In this document: in pieces, positions 23,410 through 39,022 of the stretch
Layout of the letters: the number at the start of each line of letters is the position of its first letter
How positions within the stretch are numbered: position 1 is the first letter of the stretch
Source of the DNA: Chrysomallon squamiferum
Lineage: Eukaryota; Animalia; Mollusca
Assembly (NCBI GenBank): GCA_012295275.1
Contig: CM022673.1
Coordinates: 25,916,001-25,980,000 of the forward strand
Direction of reading: 5' to 3'
Length of the DNA stretch: 64,000 nucleotides
Position numbers and translations under genes: made by a program
The notes under the pieces: generated by a model
The model's input: the letters and a program-made list of their open reading frames with translations, nothing else
What the model was told of the DNA's origin: nothing
The model's database searches: none

Positions 23410-25360
23410 GTATGTACATAATAACCATAATATATTCTAGTATGTTACAGTAACATGTCCTTGTAATTATATGGCATGAACATTTAAAAATAATTAGAAC
23501 TGAATTATATGAAATTACATTACGGATAATCAGGAATGTTCTATCTTTTAAGATATATACGAATAAAAAAACATTTAAAAAATGAGAGAGAGAAAGAAAA
23601 AAAAAAAGAGAGAAAAATGACAGACAAAAACCTTTGACCTTGAACACAACGTAGGTGTTATTCTGGGCAGAAACAGGACATATTGGAATGACACGGATAT
23701 TGAGTAAGTGCTTACAATCAGTCACTGTCATTTGCTGGAGTTTCCTTGATTACGCTTATATATTCCCCAAGGCAACATTAACTTTCAGAATAAGCTGAAA
23801 GCAGTTCGGTCTGAGGTTTGTGAATTAGGCGTGCTGGAAGTCTGCGTTTGATGAAGGAAGTGGTGAAATTTGTATAAGTTAAAATAATAATAATAATAAT
23901 AATAATAAATATGAATAAAATAATAATCATTATTAGGTGACAAATACATGGTTTATGTTGGAAAAAAAAAAAAACAACAACAAAAAAACATCGTCAGTGA
24001 TATTTTTAATGATTAACGCCAAAGGATTCTTAAGACGGTCCTTCGCAGATTTTGATAAACCAAATACGAATATATGAGGGAGAAATTTTTTATGTCTCTC
24101 TTAATCCAGATGCTTTAAATACCAGAATAGTGTAAATTACAATAATTTGAACGATACATGCCACAACATATATATATCTATATATATTCCTCTTTTAAAA
24201 AAAAAACAAAAAAATTGGGCTGTTTTTGTTGTTGTTTGTCTATGCATATAATTGCTTGTTTGTTTTAAATTAGAGCTAAGGGGGAAAAGACAAAAATAAA
24301 TAAATATATACATACATACATACATTCCTACCTACCTACCTACATACATGCATAGTACGACAGTACACATACATAGTACGACAGTACAGACGTGGATTAT
24401 ATTATAAAAAATCTCAAAATGAAAAAGAAAGATAAAAATAAAAACACTAAGAAATAAAAACTAGAAAAGTTAAAAGTCAGTATATTCGTTTTTAAGAGAG
24501 TGCAGCTTAAAACAACGATATATATTTGTATGTATGTATGTATGTATGTATGTATGTATGTTTGTATGTATGTATATGAAATATTAAAGTGAACATAAAA
24601 CAAGAGCTTTTATTTCCATGGTCTTACCAGTATACACAGAATTTTTATTTTCTTCCTGAAAAGATTAAATGACGAATACATATGTATGTATGTGTGTGTG
24701 TGTGTGCGTGTGTGTGCGTGTGTGTGTGCTACCATTACTAATTATCATAATATTACATCATCTTCAGTTCAGATTTAGTCATCTAATTAATTTTAGCGGA
24801 GTAAAGTTATTTTTAACTCTGTAACGCCTTAATGAATTAAATAAGACCATTATAATCTGGGTTTTTTCTAAATTTAGCATAAAAGAAAACGCCCATAGCC
24901 TGCGAGAAAAGAAAAAAGGTAATATATTTTTTTATAATACCATAACGATGATTTATTGTTGTAAACTGCCTTTACAACAACACAAACCTCCGTCATTCAA
25001 ACTGTTTCATCGCAATAACATTATTTCGAAATAGACATCGTCTGAAGAAAATTAATTAGCTGTATTTCTAGTTAAACTGGTTTTCTGATGATGTTAAATA
25101 TTTTTTTTATTATTTATTTATTTTTATTTTTCTATATTAGTATTATTGTTGTTGTTGTTGTTTATAGTCATTACTTATGCTTATTAAAATGTTTTTGTAA
25201 AATATGTCCACAACTCATTTAAACGAAAAGTAGTGTGCTTGTTTTTTTGTTCTTTTTAATTTCATATCAGTGGATGTATGATGTGCAGAGTATTAAGGAA
25301 GAAAGAAAAATACGAGAGAAAAATGATGAGGGAAACAAAAGAAAAAAAGAAAATCGAAAG

Positions 25361-25434
<74 letters not shown>

Positions 25435-26115
25435 TTAATACTGACATAACTAATTTTACATAGTTACATACGTACACTGGTATGACATACATTACTTATT
25501 TATGGTGAATAGTTTCACCAAAGGTAATGAAATATCTGTGTTCAGACGTGAGTTATGTGACATTGCTATTTTGTTTACCAAAACACGAATGATTTAGTCT
25601 GGTTGTCGGCAAAAAATAACAGAAAATTAATATTGTTTTTCAGCGTGGACCTGAATGAAAAGTTCAACGTTATATTTTTTTTAGTTTTATTACTGTTATT
25701 TGGACGATTAACAATAGATTTATTTGATAACATTTTAATTCACTTGGCACAAATATTAAAATATTTAGGTTAACCATTTTGCTTGTTTTCTCTCTTTAAT
25801 TCTTTGGCCTTATTTTGTTTATTTTATTACAATTATAATTATAATTATAATTATTTTATTATTATTATCATTTTGCTGTAGCTATCGTGGTTTTGTTGAG
25901 TTTATTTTATTTTGTTTGTTTATTTTTGTCAAATATTTGAAAAGTAAATCGTCTTCATTGTTACTTTTAAATTTATATATACAAAACTGTGTATGTATGG
26001 GTAACAGTTTTTTATTTCAAAGAAAATACAGACACTGTTTATTCTATTAGTTTTAAAAGTATTAGTTGTTTTATAATTATTATATTTTTATTGTGTTATT
26101 GTTTGTTTATTTATT

Positions 26116-26151
<36 letters not shown>

Positions 26152-26430
26152 GTTATTGTTATTGTTATTGTTATTGTTGTTGTTGTTGTTGTTGTTAAAA
26201 TGTTTTGTGTGCCAAATTTTGCCTTCAGAATTGATGATTTACGCAATCAATATTGTGATGAAAACCCCTAAGAAACTGCGACATAGATTTTCTTATTTTT
26301 AAGCGTGGGTGTAGGTACTTGCGAAACTCTAACTTATCTGCTACATTTTTATATATATATATGCATGTTTTATGGCTCTCTAAAATAACAATATTTCAAG
26401 TTATTACAAGCCAAGGAAGAGTACAGTAAA

Positions 26431-26481
<51 letters not shown>

Positions 26482-27892
26482 CATTGCTGCATCAATCTAT
26501 GAACCAAGTAAAAGGGCGTTTAAGAAAGAAAGACAAAAATTAAGTAAAGAGGAAACAAATGTAAACCATACTCAAAATGCTTACAATTAAACATTTCAAT
26601 ATGATACTTTAATTGTTACAATAGTAGTTAATTATTTTAAATAAAGTTTCTTTTTTTTTTTATTTATTCTTTTTTTTTTTAAAAAAAATCTCTTATTTAA
26701 AAAAGAATTGATTACTAAAAACAAAAGGTCTTTCAACGTAATTACGGACGTTAAATATGTTTTTGTTCATGAACTGTTTAGATTGTATGCAACAATATAG
26801 AAATATAAATAAATCAATAAATAAATCAGAAGGGGTATTAAAAACTGTATGGCATCATCGTTAAAGTTCGGATCAAGGGTTTTATATACGTCACCATTTA
26901 ATTTTGAATGTTTTAAAAATATTTTTTCTTTCAAAAAAACTAAAATAAAAGTAAGAAGTAAATAAATAAATAAACAAAATAAAATGAAATAAAAGAATAA
27001 ATGAATGAATGAATGAATGAATGAATGAATGAATGAATGAATAAAGAAATAAAGAAATAAAAATAAAGAAATAAAAGAAAGAATGAAAGAAGAAAATGGA
27101 AAAATAATTAAATAAAAAATAAAAGAATGGGAAATCATTAAGAAAAAAGTTAAATAAAAAAAAAATAATTTAAAAAATGCTATTCCTAAATCAATAATAA
27201 ATAAATAAAGCTATGAAATACGACAATATATAAACTTGCCGCCAATCTTATCACCACGAACTTTTTATGAATTATACATAAGAGTACTTATAACTCCAAT
27301 AAGTAATATTCGTTTATTTGATTTTTTAAAATAAAATTAATAGAATTTGTACTGAAGTCTTAAATCTGTGTTATAGCATAATGAAATACACTAAAAACGT
27401 TTTAAACCTTTGTTAGTTTCTGGGAATACAAAATCAACTAAAGAAAACTTAAGTATATATACACAAATAGATATAGGTACTTACAAAATGCATACATGTG
27501 TACACCATATACTGCACGTTTCTTCGTCTAGACAAAAAGTAATAATTCGATGATGCATCGTTTGTTTTGATTTATTGTTAAAAGGTTTAATAAATCACAA
27601 ACTGTCCAAAAAATTGTACGTGATGAGTGCAAACGCTCAGTGATTTGGTTACTAGAGGCATCGAAGATAACGGTATATATATATATATTTTTTTTTTTTC
27701 TATTATTTTTAAAAACACGCATACACACAGTGTAATAAAAGCTAAACCGTACTTGTTTTTTATTAGTACTTTATTTATTTATTTATTATTATTATTATTG
27801 TCATTATGATTATGATTATTATTATTATTATTATTATTTACTTGTTTATTTATTGTTATTGTTTTAATTATTATATTAATTAAAAAATTAAT

Positions 27893-27923
<31 letters not shown>

Positions 27924-30041
27924 TTATTTTAAAGCACACAGATCTAAGTGGAAAAATGCGAGATACATGTTACCATTGATATTATTATCCTTATGTTCAT
28001 TACAAATTTATTATTATTACTATCATCATCGTCATCGGCATCATCATCCTTATTAGTTTTATTATTATTATTAATATGATTAATACTATTTGATGATTTA
28101 TTTTTTTATCCTCAGAACAAATATTAATTGATAGCGTTAGAATCATCCAAATAATAGCATAAATAATATTGGCTTTTGTGCATACAAAAATATATTATTT
28201 TATTTCTTTTGATAATTTAATTTAATTTTATTACCATTGTTATAATTTTCAAATTATTAAAATTGTATATATATATATATATCTATACAATTTTAATAAT
28301 ATATATATATATTGAAATAAACTATTAAAATGCTGCTATTATTATTAATTAATATCGTTATGATTAAATAAAAATTAATTTTGAAACTTAATATTTATTA
28401 CGTTATTATTATTATTTTATTTTATTTTATTTTTTTTAATTATTTTTTTTATTTTTATTTTTTTTTTAACTTATAATTCTGAAATTTATAGAGATTATTT
28501 CCAAAACAATACACGCACAATCCAGTGGTTTATTCATCACAAGAGCAAAATAGTTAAACAAATTTTCAAAAATTATTATGCCAATTATACAAACGCACAG
28601 CTTTGGTGAAATGTGAAAGCCTGTGAGAATATAGACACGGAAATGAACTTCGGAGATAATGGATTACCACCAGTGTCAACGACTTAATAAAATTAATGTT
28701 TTCTGTTATTTATTTTGATCAGTGGGAATCAACACTGACAGTATTAATTTTTAAAAGTTCTTCTCTTTAGTATGAATGGCAATGAGGATCTTTTTAATGA
28801 GGATTGTTGTTATTATTATTATCGTCGTCATCATTAACTCATTTTGTTATCTTTCTAATTATTTTTTCTTGGTATTTTTCACATTATTTTAAATTATATT
28901 TCTACTAACAAAAATAAAAAATTACCATCTTTACAAAATATTCCCAAAACATATAATATGACTTGATGACGCGCAATTTTTGGCTGTATCCCGTCATACA
29001 AGTAATAAAGTTGTCAAAACAAAACAGAGACAATTTCGTCATTGTGACACAGCACAATTCACTTTTGGCTACTAAAAAAAAAAAAAAAATAATATTTTCA
29101 GGGTTATGTAAATTTTAATAGCAAAAGTGATACAAGTGGTGTTTTAAAAATGTCAAAAGAGATGGGTGGATTTCTATGTATGTGTTTTAGACAGTGATAG
29201 ATTTTGATAAGATCATTCAGTGCCTGCATTTGTGTCCTCACGTTTATTAACACAACTTTGTAATATTATATATTTTAATATCCTTTAATAATATCGACCT
29301 ACTTATTTATTTAATTTAAGAACATATTACCAATTTATAATTATGTAATTTACTTAACATCAAGTGAAATAATTTATATAAATTGTTTATATTCTTCATT
29401 AAACATTTAAGTTATTAAATTTGTTTTTCAACAATACAAATTCAGAAACCTAGGAAAATGTTTGAATTAACGTCACAACAAAATCTGACAAGAACAGTAT
29501 TAACAAATAATTTATAGTAAAATTGCAAGTAAATTTAATATATAAACAACAAATTAAATGAATCAAAGGTTTTCTTATTAACTTAAACAAAAAGTTAATA
29601 AAATAATTTTTATGCTGGAGGTCTTCTAGAGTCAAAAACACAACAATATATAAATAACTAATTTCTAGAACAAAATAAAATAATTTTTAAAAAATCAGAA
29701 TTACAACAACTTAATGTTGATATTAAGTTATAATAAAATGAGATAATATAATCACATTTCTCTTTAGTTTGAAAAATACAAGTAAAACACCAACAATAAT
29801 ATTAATAAGAAATTGACAGAATGATCAGCCTAGTTTTTTGTATAACTTTAAGAAGTAACCACACATTACCAATAAGCCTATCTTACTTGTTCTGATCTTC
29901 AACTACAAAAATTATTACCACATTAAGATTGTGGTATAACAAGTTATATAACAATATCTACAATGGTTACATAACTCTGAAGTGGTTTTTAAAACAAAAA
30001 ATTAACCAGTTCAAAAGAAAAATACTTCTGATTTATATTAG

Positions 30042-30996
30042 TTATACCAAAATTGATTTACTAACTATACTACTTTTTCTTCTGCGTATTTTGGATGGTT
30101 CTTCAAAATCTTGACTATCACTGAGTTCAAATTCTTTTGACTGCCATTAGAAACAATAAATATGAAAAGTAAATACATTTCTTGAACACAAATCATAACA
30201 TAAACTTAAAAATCTTGGTAATTATAAAATAGCAACATAAATTTAAAAAAAAACAAAAAACAAATCATTATTAATTTTACAAAATTTCCTGTCAATACTT
30301 GCAGTTGCTGCAAATGATTATGCAATATTTTATGGTACCATTACTTCAATTTATTAAAATTACAGTTAAAATGTTGTCTGTTTTAAGACTTGAGAGTTAT
30401 TATGTTCCATATCAGTTATACTTTGTACAATGAAATGTCTGGTTATATAATAAAAATAAATGCATTAATGCTAATTGCTAATGAAACATAATAATTATTT
30501 CTGTTTAAATCATTTATTTTAGTTTTCTGAATTCTGTATTTATTAATACAATTATCACAAGGCAGATTAATTCTTAAGACATCAACTCACAGAATCTGTT
30601 TTTGAGAATGCCCTTTTCCTTCCTCTCAGTTGCCTGGTATAAGGGATTTCATCTGATTCAGATATATTTTCTTTATTGTGATTTCTCTAAAATAATTACC
30701 ATTTAGAAATATCATTATGCATTATTCTCATGAATTATACACTAATTTGACAGTATTTAACATCATTATTTTAAAAATGAAGTTGTAATTTTTACTTTTC
30801 CTTACTTAATTTTATTCATATATTGTGGATTTAAAATTTAAAGAATGCTAATTTATGAATCAAATAATCAGGACTAATAAATAACATTAAAATTTTATAT
30901 TTGTATTGTAATCCAATTATTAGTATATGTGTTTGAATACATTTGTGATTTTGTAAACTGTATTTAATTGAATTTATTTTTATATCAATAAACAAA

Positions 30997-31027
<31 letters not shown>

Positions 31028-34000
31028 GATTCAAATCATTTTACAGTAAGCTGTCTATAATTACTAAAAGGTTCCAATACATTTTTTTATATATTCATTT
31101 GAAAAAACCCAAAAGTGTAAAAACTGAAATAAACTTATTAATACTAATAAAATGCTATATATATAATTATAATCTTTACCTTTGATTTCTTCTTCCAGAG
31201 AGTGTAACTTCTTCTGTTTGTTTCACAAGTGAACTAATCTATAACATTGTAAATATAAATATATTATCCCTGGTAAACAATAAGCAATAATGAAAATGTC
31301 CAAAACTATTTCCAAAGAAGTCCATAGTTCTTATTCACGTATTTTTACAGTTTCACTACTATACATATATATTAATATTATATTATATCCACATTATGAC
31401 TGTTAATATAAACTGCAATAAACAAGTTATATAGAAAACTAGTACCTCCAGTTGTTGTTCAGTATTAGTTTCCTCTTTTCTTGTAATGTATGAAGGAATA
31501 CCAATTTTCTTTATTTTATCTTTATTGACAGTCATCCCTAATCTGAAATAATGGAAAACAAAACAATGATTTTGTTTATTTAATCATTTTGATGATAAAA
31601 CGGAATTTCACACTGAATCATGATGAATTCGAATTTTGTATGAAATAATGTTTGAGTTTTAACTGAACTCACAGCAATAAATTAGTGAATTCATGATACT
31701 TGTAAATAAACTTGATTTTGTAACACAATTAAAGGTAATGAGCATTACTTTATGTTATGGAATTATACCTTTATAAATATTTTTAGAAAAAAAAAGAGGA
31801 AAAAACAACAACATTAATGTACCTTCTCCCTCTTTTCTGACTGCAAACAAACCCTTCTTTTTCTAGCCTATGAATCAAACCTTGAGCAATTGTTATTTCT
31901 ATTCCAAGTCTCTGAGCCAAATGAGGGGCAAGAATTCGACTAGATTCCAAGCATGCCATGAGGGTTTTTCTCCACAAACAAAGAGCCTGAGGTTTGACAA
32001 AAATAAAAGTAGTTTTTAATTTGTCTCAAAGAACTAAAAATACATTTTCTGTAACTAAAGGTTTAATGTTTAGATATGCACATGACAACACTCACAAATC
32101 TATCAAGATTGTAAACATACATCAGGATTGACAATGCATATTATTGAAAGGACTCTGATAATCTGATACTGTAAATTTACACTGTGAATGATGCAATGAA
32201 ATGTTTTTCAGTGGTTTAGCTAATGATTAATTAATTAAGACAATTAAGTCAAAAAAGCTAATTCAGTACTTTATTTAATGAACATTGTCTGAAGTAATCA
32301 ACTTTGTTTATAAATAATATTAATCTGTACAAAGAGTTTAAATACGTTATTTAGAAAAAATACCCAAATCAATTTTTTTGCTCTCTTGGGCATTATTTAA
32401 TTTAAATAAACAAAACACTGCACCTGCACATCAATTGAAGTCATTTCACAAAGTTGAGGATCTGTGGGTTCTTGCCCCATTTTTCCAGGCTGAAATATAA
32501 CAGTTCAAAATAATCTGACATGGACACTCAATGAATGTAGAGAACCAAAGTCATTTTAAAATTTACTGAACTACATATATCCCAAACAAAAGTAAGAATT
32601 TCATTTATCTAAATAAATTAAAATATTCTCCTACATACTGTGGCAAACATAAAGTTGTCATATACCTTGGCACAAATGTCACAAATGTGATTTTCAGGAG
32701 CTTCTTCTTCTTTAATAACACAGAAGCAAACTCCATGTTGCCAAAATTTACATTCTGAACACATTATCATTAATCCGTCATCCTGAATAAATGGAAAATG
32801 CATCTTATTTAATTGTGCATTTTATTCAAATAAAAGAACTAAATGCACAGAAATCTGAATGAGATCTAGCAATACATTGAGAAAAGTCATATTTTAGTTT
32901 TACAGATTTATTCTACTGATTTATTCTACTGGTCTCACTAAATGTAGCAATTAAATATTTAACAAAGTTACCTCATTACATCCGCAAGGACAGCGAACAG
33001 CATTTTCATCATGTATCTCATTAGGGTTGTCTGTCTGGGATTCAAGCTCTTTGCCTTCTTCTAAATTATATAATTAAATGATGTTTACCAATTAATGCTT
33101 ATTTGTGAAAACTTAATTTATATAAAGAAATTTATCTAATAGAAGTGTAAATATGTTTTACAAAAATCTGAATAAAAATAATTTACCCAGAATCGTATGT
33201 AAAATAATGACAACACTTTCCATAAATATCATTAATTTTGAAATCTTGTACTTGAGAAGAAACGATTATACAGCCAAAAATCTATTAATATAATTTTCAA
33301 ACAGTTGTAACTTAAGATATTATCTTAAAGTTTAAAAAATGTAACATAAATCTTTCAACCTGGCTGATTTGGAGCTCCTTCATTTGATGGTACTTCATTT
33401 GGCTCTTCAACAGCAGTGTCAACCTTTTCTTTATCATTTAGTTTTAACTACAAAATAAATTAGCTTTTATTAATATTTCAATATTTCAAATTTAAACATT
33501 ATATGAACATTTGACACCCTTATTTTTAGTTGAACTTTATAAAAGAATTCACTAATAAAACGTGTAAGGCAAAAACTGTCTCTAAATGGAATACGAAAAA
33601 AATAAAATAAAAAATAAGGGAAAAACAAAAAAACACATTTACAATTGATAATTAATAATTAATTAAATAAAGTATCAAACTGTCATTTAATGATAGTAAT
33701 AAAAATAAAGTAAGGTCTAAGCAACATACATCAGATACACTGTTTTGTATCTCCGTATCTACATCTAACCCACTGTCTGATATTTCTTTTTTCTCTTCCT
33801 CCATTTCAATTTCACTTTCATTTTCCACAATGTTATCTATTACCTCCAGCTGTTTTCCATCTGTTTTAATGCGCATCTTTACTCTTTTACAAGAAAAAAC
33901 ACCCATATGAAACATATAAGTATTAGTATGCATGATTTTTACTGTAATATAAATATTTTAAATCTTCATGATTTTAAAACAAATTCAGTTATTAAAATAT

Positions 34001-37000
34001 CATCTGATAGATTATTTATGAAGTTTTTCCATTATAATTGTTTAATTTCTTTCTTTTTTCATTTTTTTTCATTAATTTTAAAAAGATAAATATTTTCAGA
34101 ACAAGAAATATTCTAATTTTTATAATAATATTATCCTATAATTATTGGAAATTAAAATAGTTTTACTCCTTTAGTGTTATATTTTATAATGAAAAAATTT
34201 GTATGGGAATATTTTAACATTCAGTTTTCATTTTTATTTTTGTGTGTAACTTTGGTTAATTATTAATTTCATTTAAAGTAAATGACAGTTGTTATGCCTT
34301 ACTTTTAATTTCTTTCATTAAAAGTGTAAACATGTCAGATAATACCCCTGCAATTTTTAAGGAAATAAACTGCCTTGTCCAAAGTATGTAAAGGATGAAC
34401 AAAAATGAAAATAAAAGCACAAATACTTACAAATGGAATGGCTAAGTTCACAAAGATCAAAAACATGAAAAAGAAAATGAAAATTTTCACCAAAAGAACA
34501 GAACTGAAAAGTAATTATCACCAAAATATTTATAGAAGTTATCATATTTAATCACAACAATTTGTAAAATTAATTTCAATTTAAAATAATTAAATAAATC
34601 AATAAATCAATAAATCAATAAAAAGCATAATGTTTACATGATTAATAATATTCCTTGTTATAAATCTCAAAAACATGAAATTACTTTTCTAATGCTATCT
34701 ATTAATATAAAGTTAATTACAGTGTAAATACATTTTTCTAATGATGTAACTTCTGTGAGAAAACCATTAATGAAATAAAGTAATGGTTTATTGCAATCAA
34801 TTTCAAAATAATAAATAAATCTTAAAATTTAATGTCAAGAAAATAAATATTAGTAATAAAAAAAAAGAGGAAAAATTCAGTAACAATAAAGATGATGAAA
34901 TTTTTTTATTTCCAATATTTCTATTACAGTGGATTAGTAAGCCAATTTTTCTTTGGAGGTTTTTGGAGGTTCTTGTTTCTTTTTTAGAATTTCATAAATT
35001 CTTCCATAACAAGATGTTCAATTAGAAATTTTACATTTATCTTTCAAAGTTTATACTTCTATACATACCGTTGAGACATCACCAACTTTTATGTTCAGAG
35101 GTTCCTCTTCAAATGTAAATGCATCAGAGTCACATGGTTTAAAACCAGGAGGTTCATATTCTGGAGGAGTGCCTACAAATCCAGAATTTGAAAAACATGA
35201 GATCTAAGTTATATCAAAAGTCTTCATTATAATGCAGCAAAACAACAACAACAACAACAACAATAACCAAAATAAATAAATAAATAAATAAATAAACAAA
35301 AATTGAAATCTTTAAAAAAAGAAAGAAAACAATTGTTCAGTATTAACTATTTATGCAGGTGAAAAAACGAAAGACAAATACTATGATTAGTATTATTAAA
35401 AATTAAGAAGACACATTTATATTATTATATTAGAAATACTTGTAATTACCAAATATTTATTCTAATTTCTTCAACACATTCTTTTATTTTTAAATAAAAA
35501 TTAAATCCATAAACATGTTTTTTTTCAAATATCATCATAATTAATAACCTGTCTGTTTAATTAAATACTAATTTCTAAATCAAGCTACTACATAGCTTTA
35601 TGTGGAATAATAATTAGTCTAATTTCATTTTACATGACATATTAATATTTTTTTCATTATATTAATTTAAACAAATAATTTCACACAATATTCATACAGT
35701 CATCATAATAGAGTAACTTCATGGTCATCATGACATCATCTGGTAAAGACTGCAAAGTCTGGGTTAAGACAACTATTGTTCTTAGAAGACGAATTGTTGC
35801 TTTTTTTGTTTCTGCAGGTGAATGAGCAGTTGAAATCTTTTTCTTATTTCTGTAAAAAAAATGTTAAGAGAGTAAAATTATTATGCTAAACATTAGTATC
35901 AGTCTTTTCCTTTCTTGGAACTTTCTTTTAAAATGTTTTCTTTTTTTTAAAGGAAAGAAAAATGAAGAATTTTAATAATTAAAGATCATTTTACCTGTAA
36001 ATATCTACACTTGGTTCATTTGTGTAGGTAAACTTGAAAGTATATGATTCAATTACAGTCTGAAAATATAACGTTTTTATTATTTTTCATTTTATTTATG
36101 TTACAATTTATTACTAGTTGTGTTAATATATGAAAATTAAACTGAAAAAAATACATTAACTTACAAAATATTTTTTTCCTGTTGTTTAATTTGTTTTAGA
36201 AAAAAATAATTTAAAAAATAATAATTAAAAAATAAATAAATAAATACAAAACAAATTTAAAAACTGGAAGGTCTGATGACAATGCCCAATACACACACTT
36301 ATTAAAATAAATCTGGAATTTAATAATTTAAATTAATTAATCATTTGAATGATAGCTAAGACCCAATTTATTAATATGACAAACTTTTCTGCTTTATATA
36401 TACTAAATTATCAATATTAGTTTTACCTCTGGTTTGTTAGGATCTGCATATATCTGAAAATATACAATCAAAACAAATTATTGATGTCAATAATCTAAAA
36501 AAACAATATGTATAATACAGATAAGATATTACCAACAAAATATGGCATATAAATTGTTTATTATAAACAGTATCAGTTTTAAAAATCTATTTCTTGTTCT
36601 TTCAATTTTACTTGTAATCATAAAAATGTATACCAACTATAAGCACAAATCCTATTTAGACTCACTGTTAATTATTAAATTGTTTTAACTTATTTTCTAA
36701 TGTTTACCTTTTACTTATTTTGCCTCCACAAAAATTAATTTTAAGAAAATAAAATTTTATTAATACACAAAAAATATACTTACTCCGATTATCAGCATCC
36801 TAAGCTAAATAATCAAAATAGTAAAATAAAAAATAAAAGAAACTGTAAATTATTGATTTTTTTTCTTGACCAAAATAATTAAAAAATAAAATAATAATAA
36901 TAAAAATAATAATAAATATATTATTAACAAAATATATGCAGTATGAATACATAGAAATTTATTCTTAACTAATACAGTAAGAAAAAAATAAAATTTGACA

Positions 37001-37848
37001 AATAAACTTACATATTTCTTGTCCAGTGCATCAAAACATCCTTTCATCCAAGTGATTACCTGACAAGCACCAGGACAACAGCTATCATTACGAAGAATTT
37101 TTAAATTTAAGTCTGCAAAATAAAGTTATAAATTTTAAGGAAAGATATGAACACTCGTTTCTCATTGAAAGACAGTGAATGTAATATTTAACTGGCTGTT
37201 ATATTAATTTAAAATTGACTGTTTCATCTATTTGTTTTATATAAGATTCTTATCATTGGTTCATCAAAAAGAAAATTCAAATTTCAAATTAATCATTTAT
37301 TTTTAAATATTGTAATTTTTGTAAATTTTATTTATTATATTTAAATGAGCCTTTATCCTTAATAAGATGATCTTTAATGATAATTTACATTAAATTTAGT
37401 TCTTCAGATATAAATACCTTCTAGACATCTATCTCCAAAAGCACGTTCTGGGAATATTGCTCGCAAATATGTGATATTTGAAATAGATACAGCAAGCAAT
37501 CTTTTTACAAACAAAGCAGACTGCTGTTCTGTCACTTGCTCAGTTGGAAACACAGACGCCCACTGTTAAAAATTATGATTAAAAAACAAAACAATTGTGT
37601 ATATGTTATTGTATATGTCTGTATTATGTAACAACTCTGTAATCTTTTATTTTCTAATTTATTAATTTTTGATTTTTGTTAATATTAAAAAAAAATAATA
37701 ATAATCATAATATAAAAAATATATAATATAATCTGCCAGTCTGACATTACTCAGAATCAGAAGAAAAAAGTTAATTAACGTTATGGAAAAGAAAATACTC
37801 AACACTTCCTGTTTTTTCCTCTGATTTTTGTAGTGTGGCTGTTGTCAT
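30042..37848 (-). CDS. HORMAD1: Meiotic HORMA-domain protein (HORMAD1/2, Hop1-like) with PHD finger and winged-helix region
   Basis: Exons: ~37804-37848 (ATG; donor ambiguous), 37418-37562 (VFPTEQVTEQQSALFVKRLLAVSISNITYLRAIFPE), 37012-37112 (WMKGCFDALDKKY), 36784-36804, 36427-36453, 35995-36059 (VIESYTFKFTY), 35698-35849 (MTMKLLYYDD), 35069-35172 (TPPEYEPPGF), 34431-34441, 33730-33883, 33360-33447, 32972-33060, 32666-32782 (PHD), 32424-32489, 31823-31986, 31446-31542, 31180-31238, 30591-~30684 and 30042-30140 (ends KIRRRKSSIVSKSILV*, closure-motif-like). A probable 5' UTR exon ends at 38403. Confidence 0.92.
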
Positions 37849-37887
37849 TGTTAATATATCTTTTCAAGTGTTAAAGCTGCCTGCAAC

Positions 37888-37944
<57 letters not shown>

Positions 37945-38485
37945 TATTCTTGGCCTTAGTTTTATAAAAAATAAAATATAGAAAAATTCAATATTCATAT
38001 TAAAAACTAATAAAACATCAGTAAATTAATTAATAAAAATTTAAATACGAAAATTAATAAATTAAATATAATTTATTATTTATTCAAATTACTTATAAAT
38101 AATCATTAATAAGTTAATAAATTAATTAATTTGTGATAAATTTAACAAAAGCTTTAATATTTATCTTTAATTAATTAAAAACATCTATTTTCCGTTGACC
38201 TGGCTTAAAAAAACTAAAACAAAAAACTAGTTTCCTTTTGGTTTTGACACATTCATTTACTGCATTCACACTTTCGAAACATTTGGGATTTTCACGTGCG
38301 ATCTTATGTTATAATGTAATTTTAAATAACCTAACATATCCAGTATAATATGATTTGTTTCCAATAATAATTTAAGCAATAATAAAGAAGAAATACACTT
38401 ACATTGTCACAAACAAGTCGGAGCAGACGATCTGAAGCGCGTGCTTGAAGGGAGAGAATCCTTTTCTGATATGGATATTAAAGTT

Positions 38486-38526
<41 letters not shown>

Positions 38527-38849
38527 GCTCTTGCTATAGTTGTTTGACGTGATGATGAAAACTGTGTGGTATTAAGAATAATATAAAAATTAGTGATGAT
38601 GCTTTAATGCTATGAACATAATAACTGAATAAATTGTTTTGAAATACCTTTAATTCGTGCTTTTAAATTTTAAAATGTTTTTTTTCAGAAAAATACTATA
38701 ATAATATTTTTAAAATACCTTATAATCACATTTTATTCATTATTTCATCCATTCATTTAAATTATAATTGAACGTACTTATCATAAAGTTACTATTAATT
38801 AATTGTTTGCTGTATCGTAATATATCGCTTTGCATCGTAACACACACAA

Positions 38850-38891
<42 letters not shown>

Positions 38892-38958
38892 AAATAAAAA
38901 TAAATAGATGACGTAAAAAAAAAAGAGAAAATCTTCAAACCATGTTACCCCGCCCATT

Positions 38959-39022
<64 letters not shown>

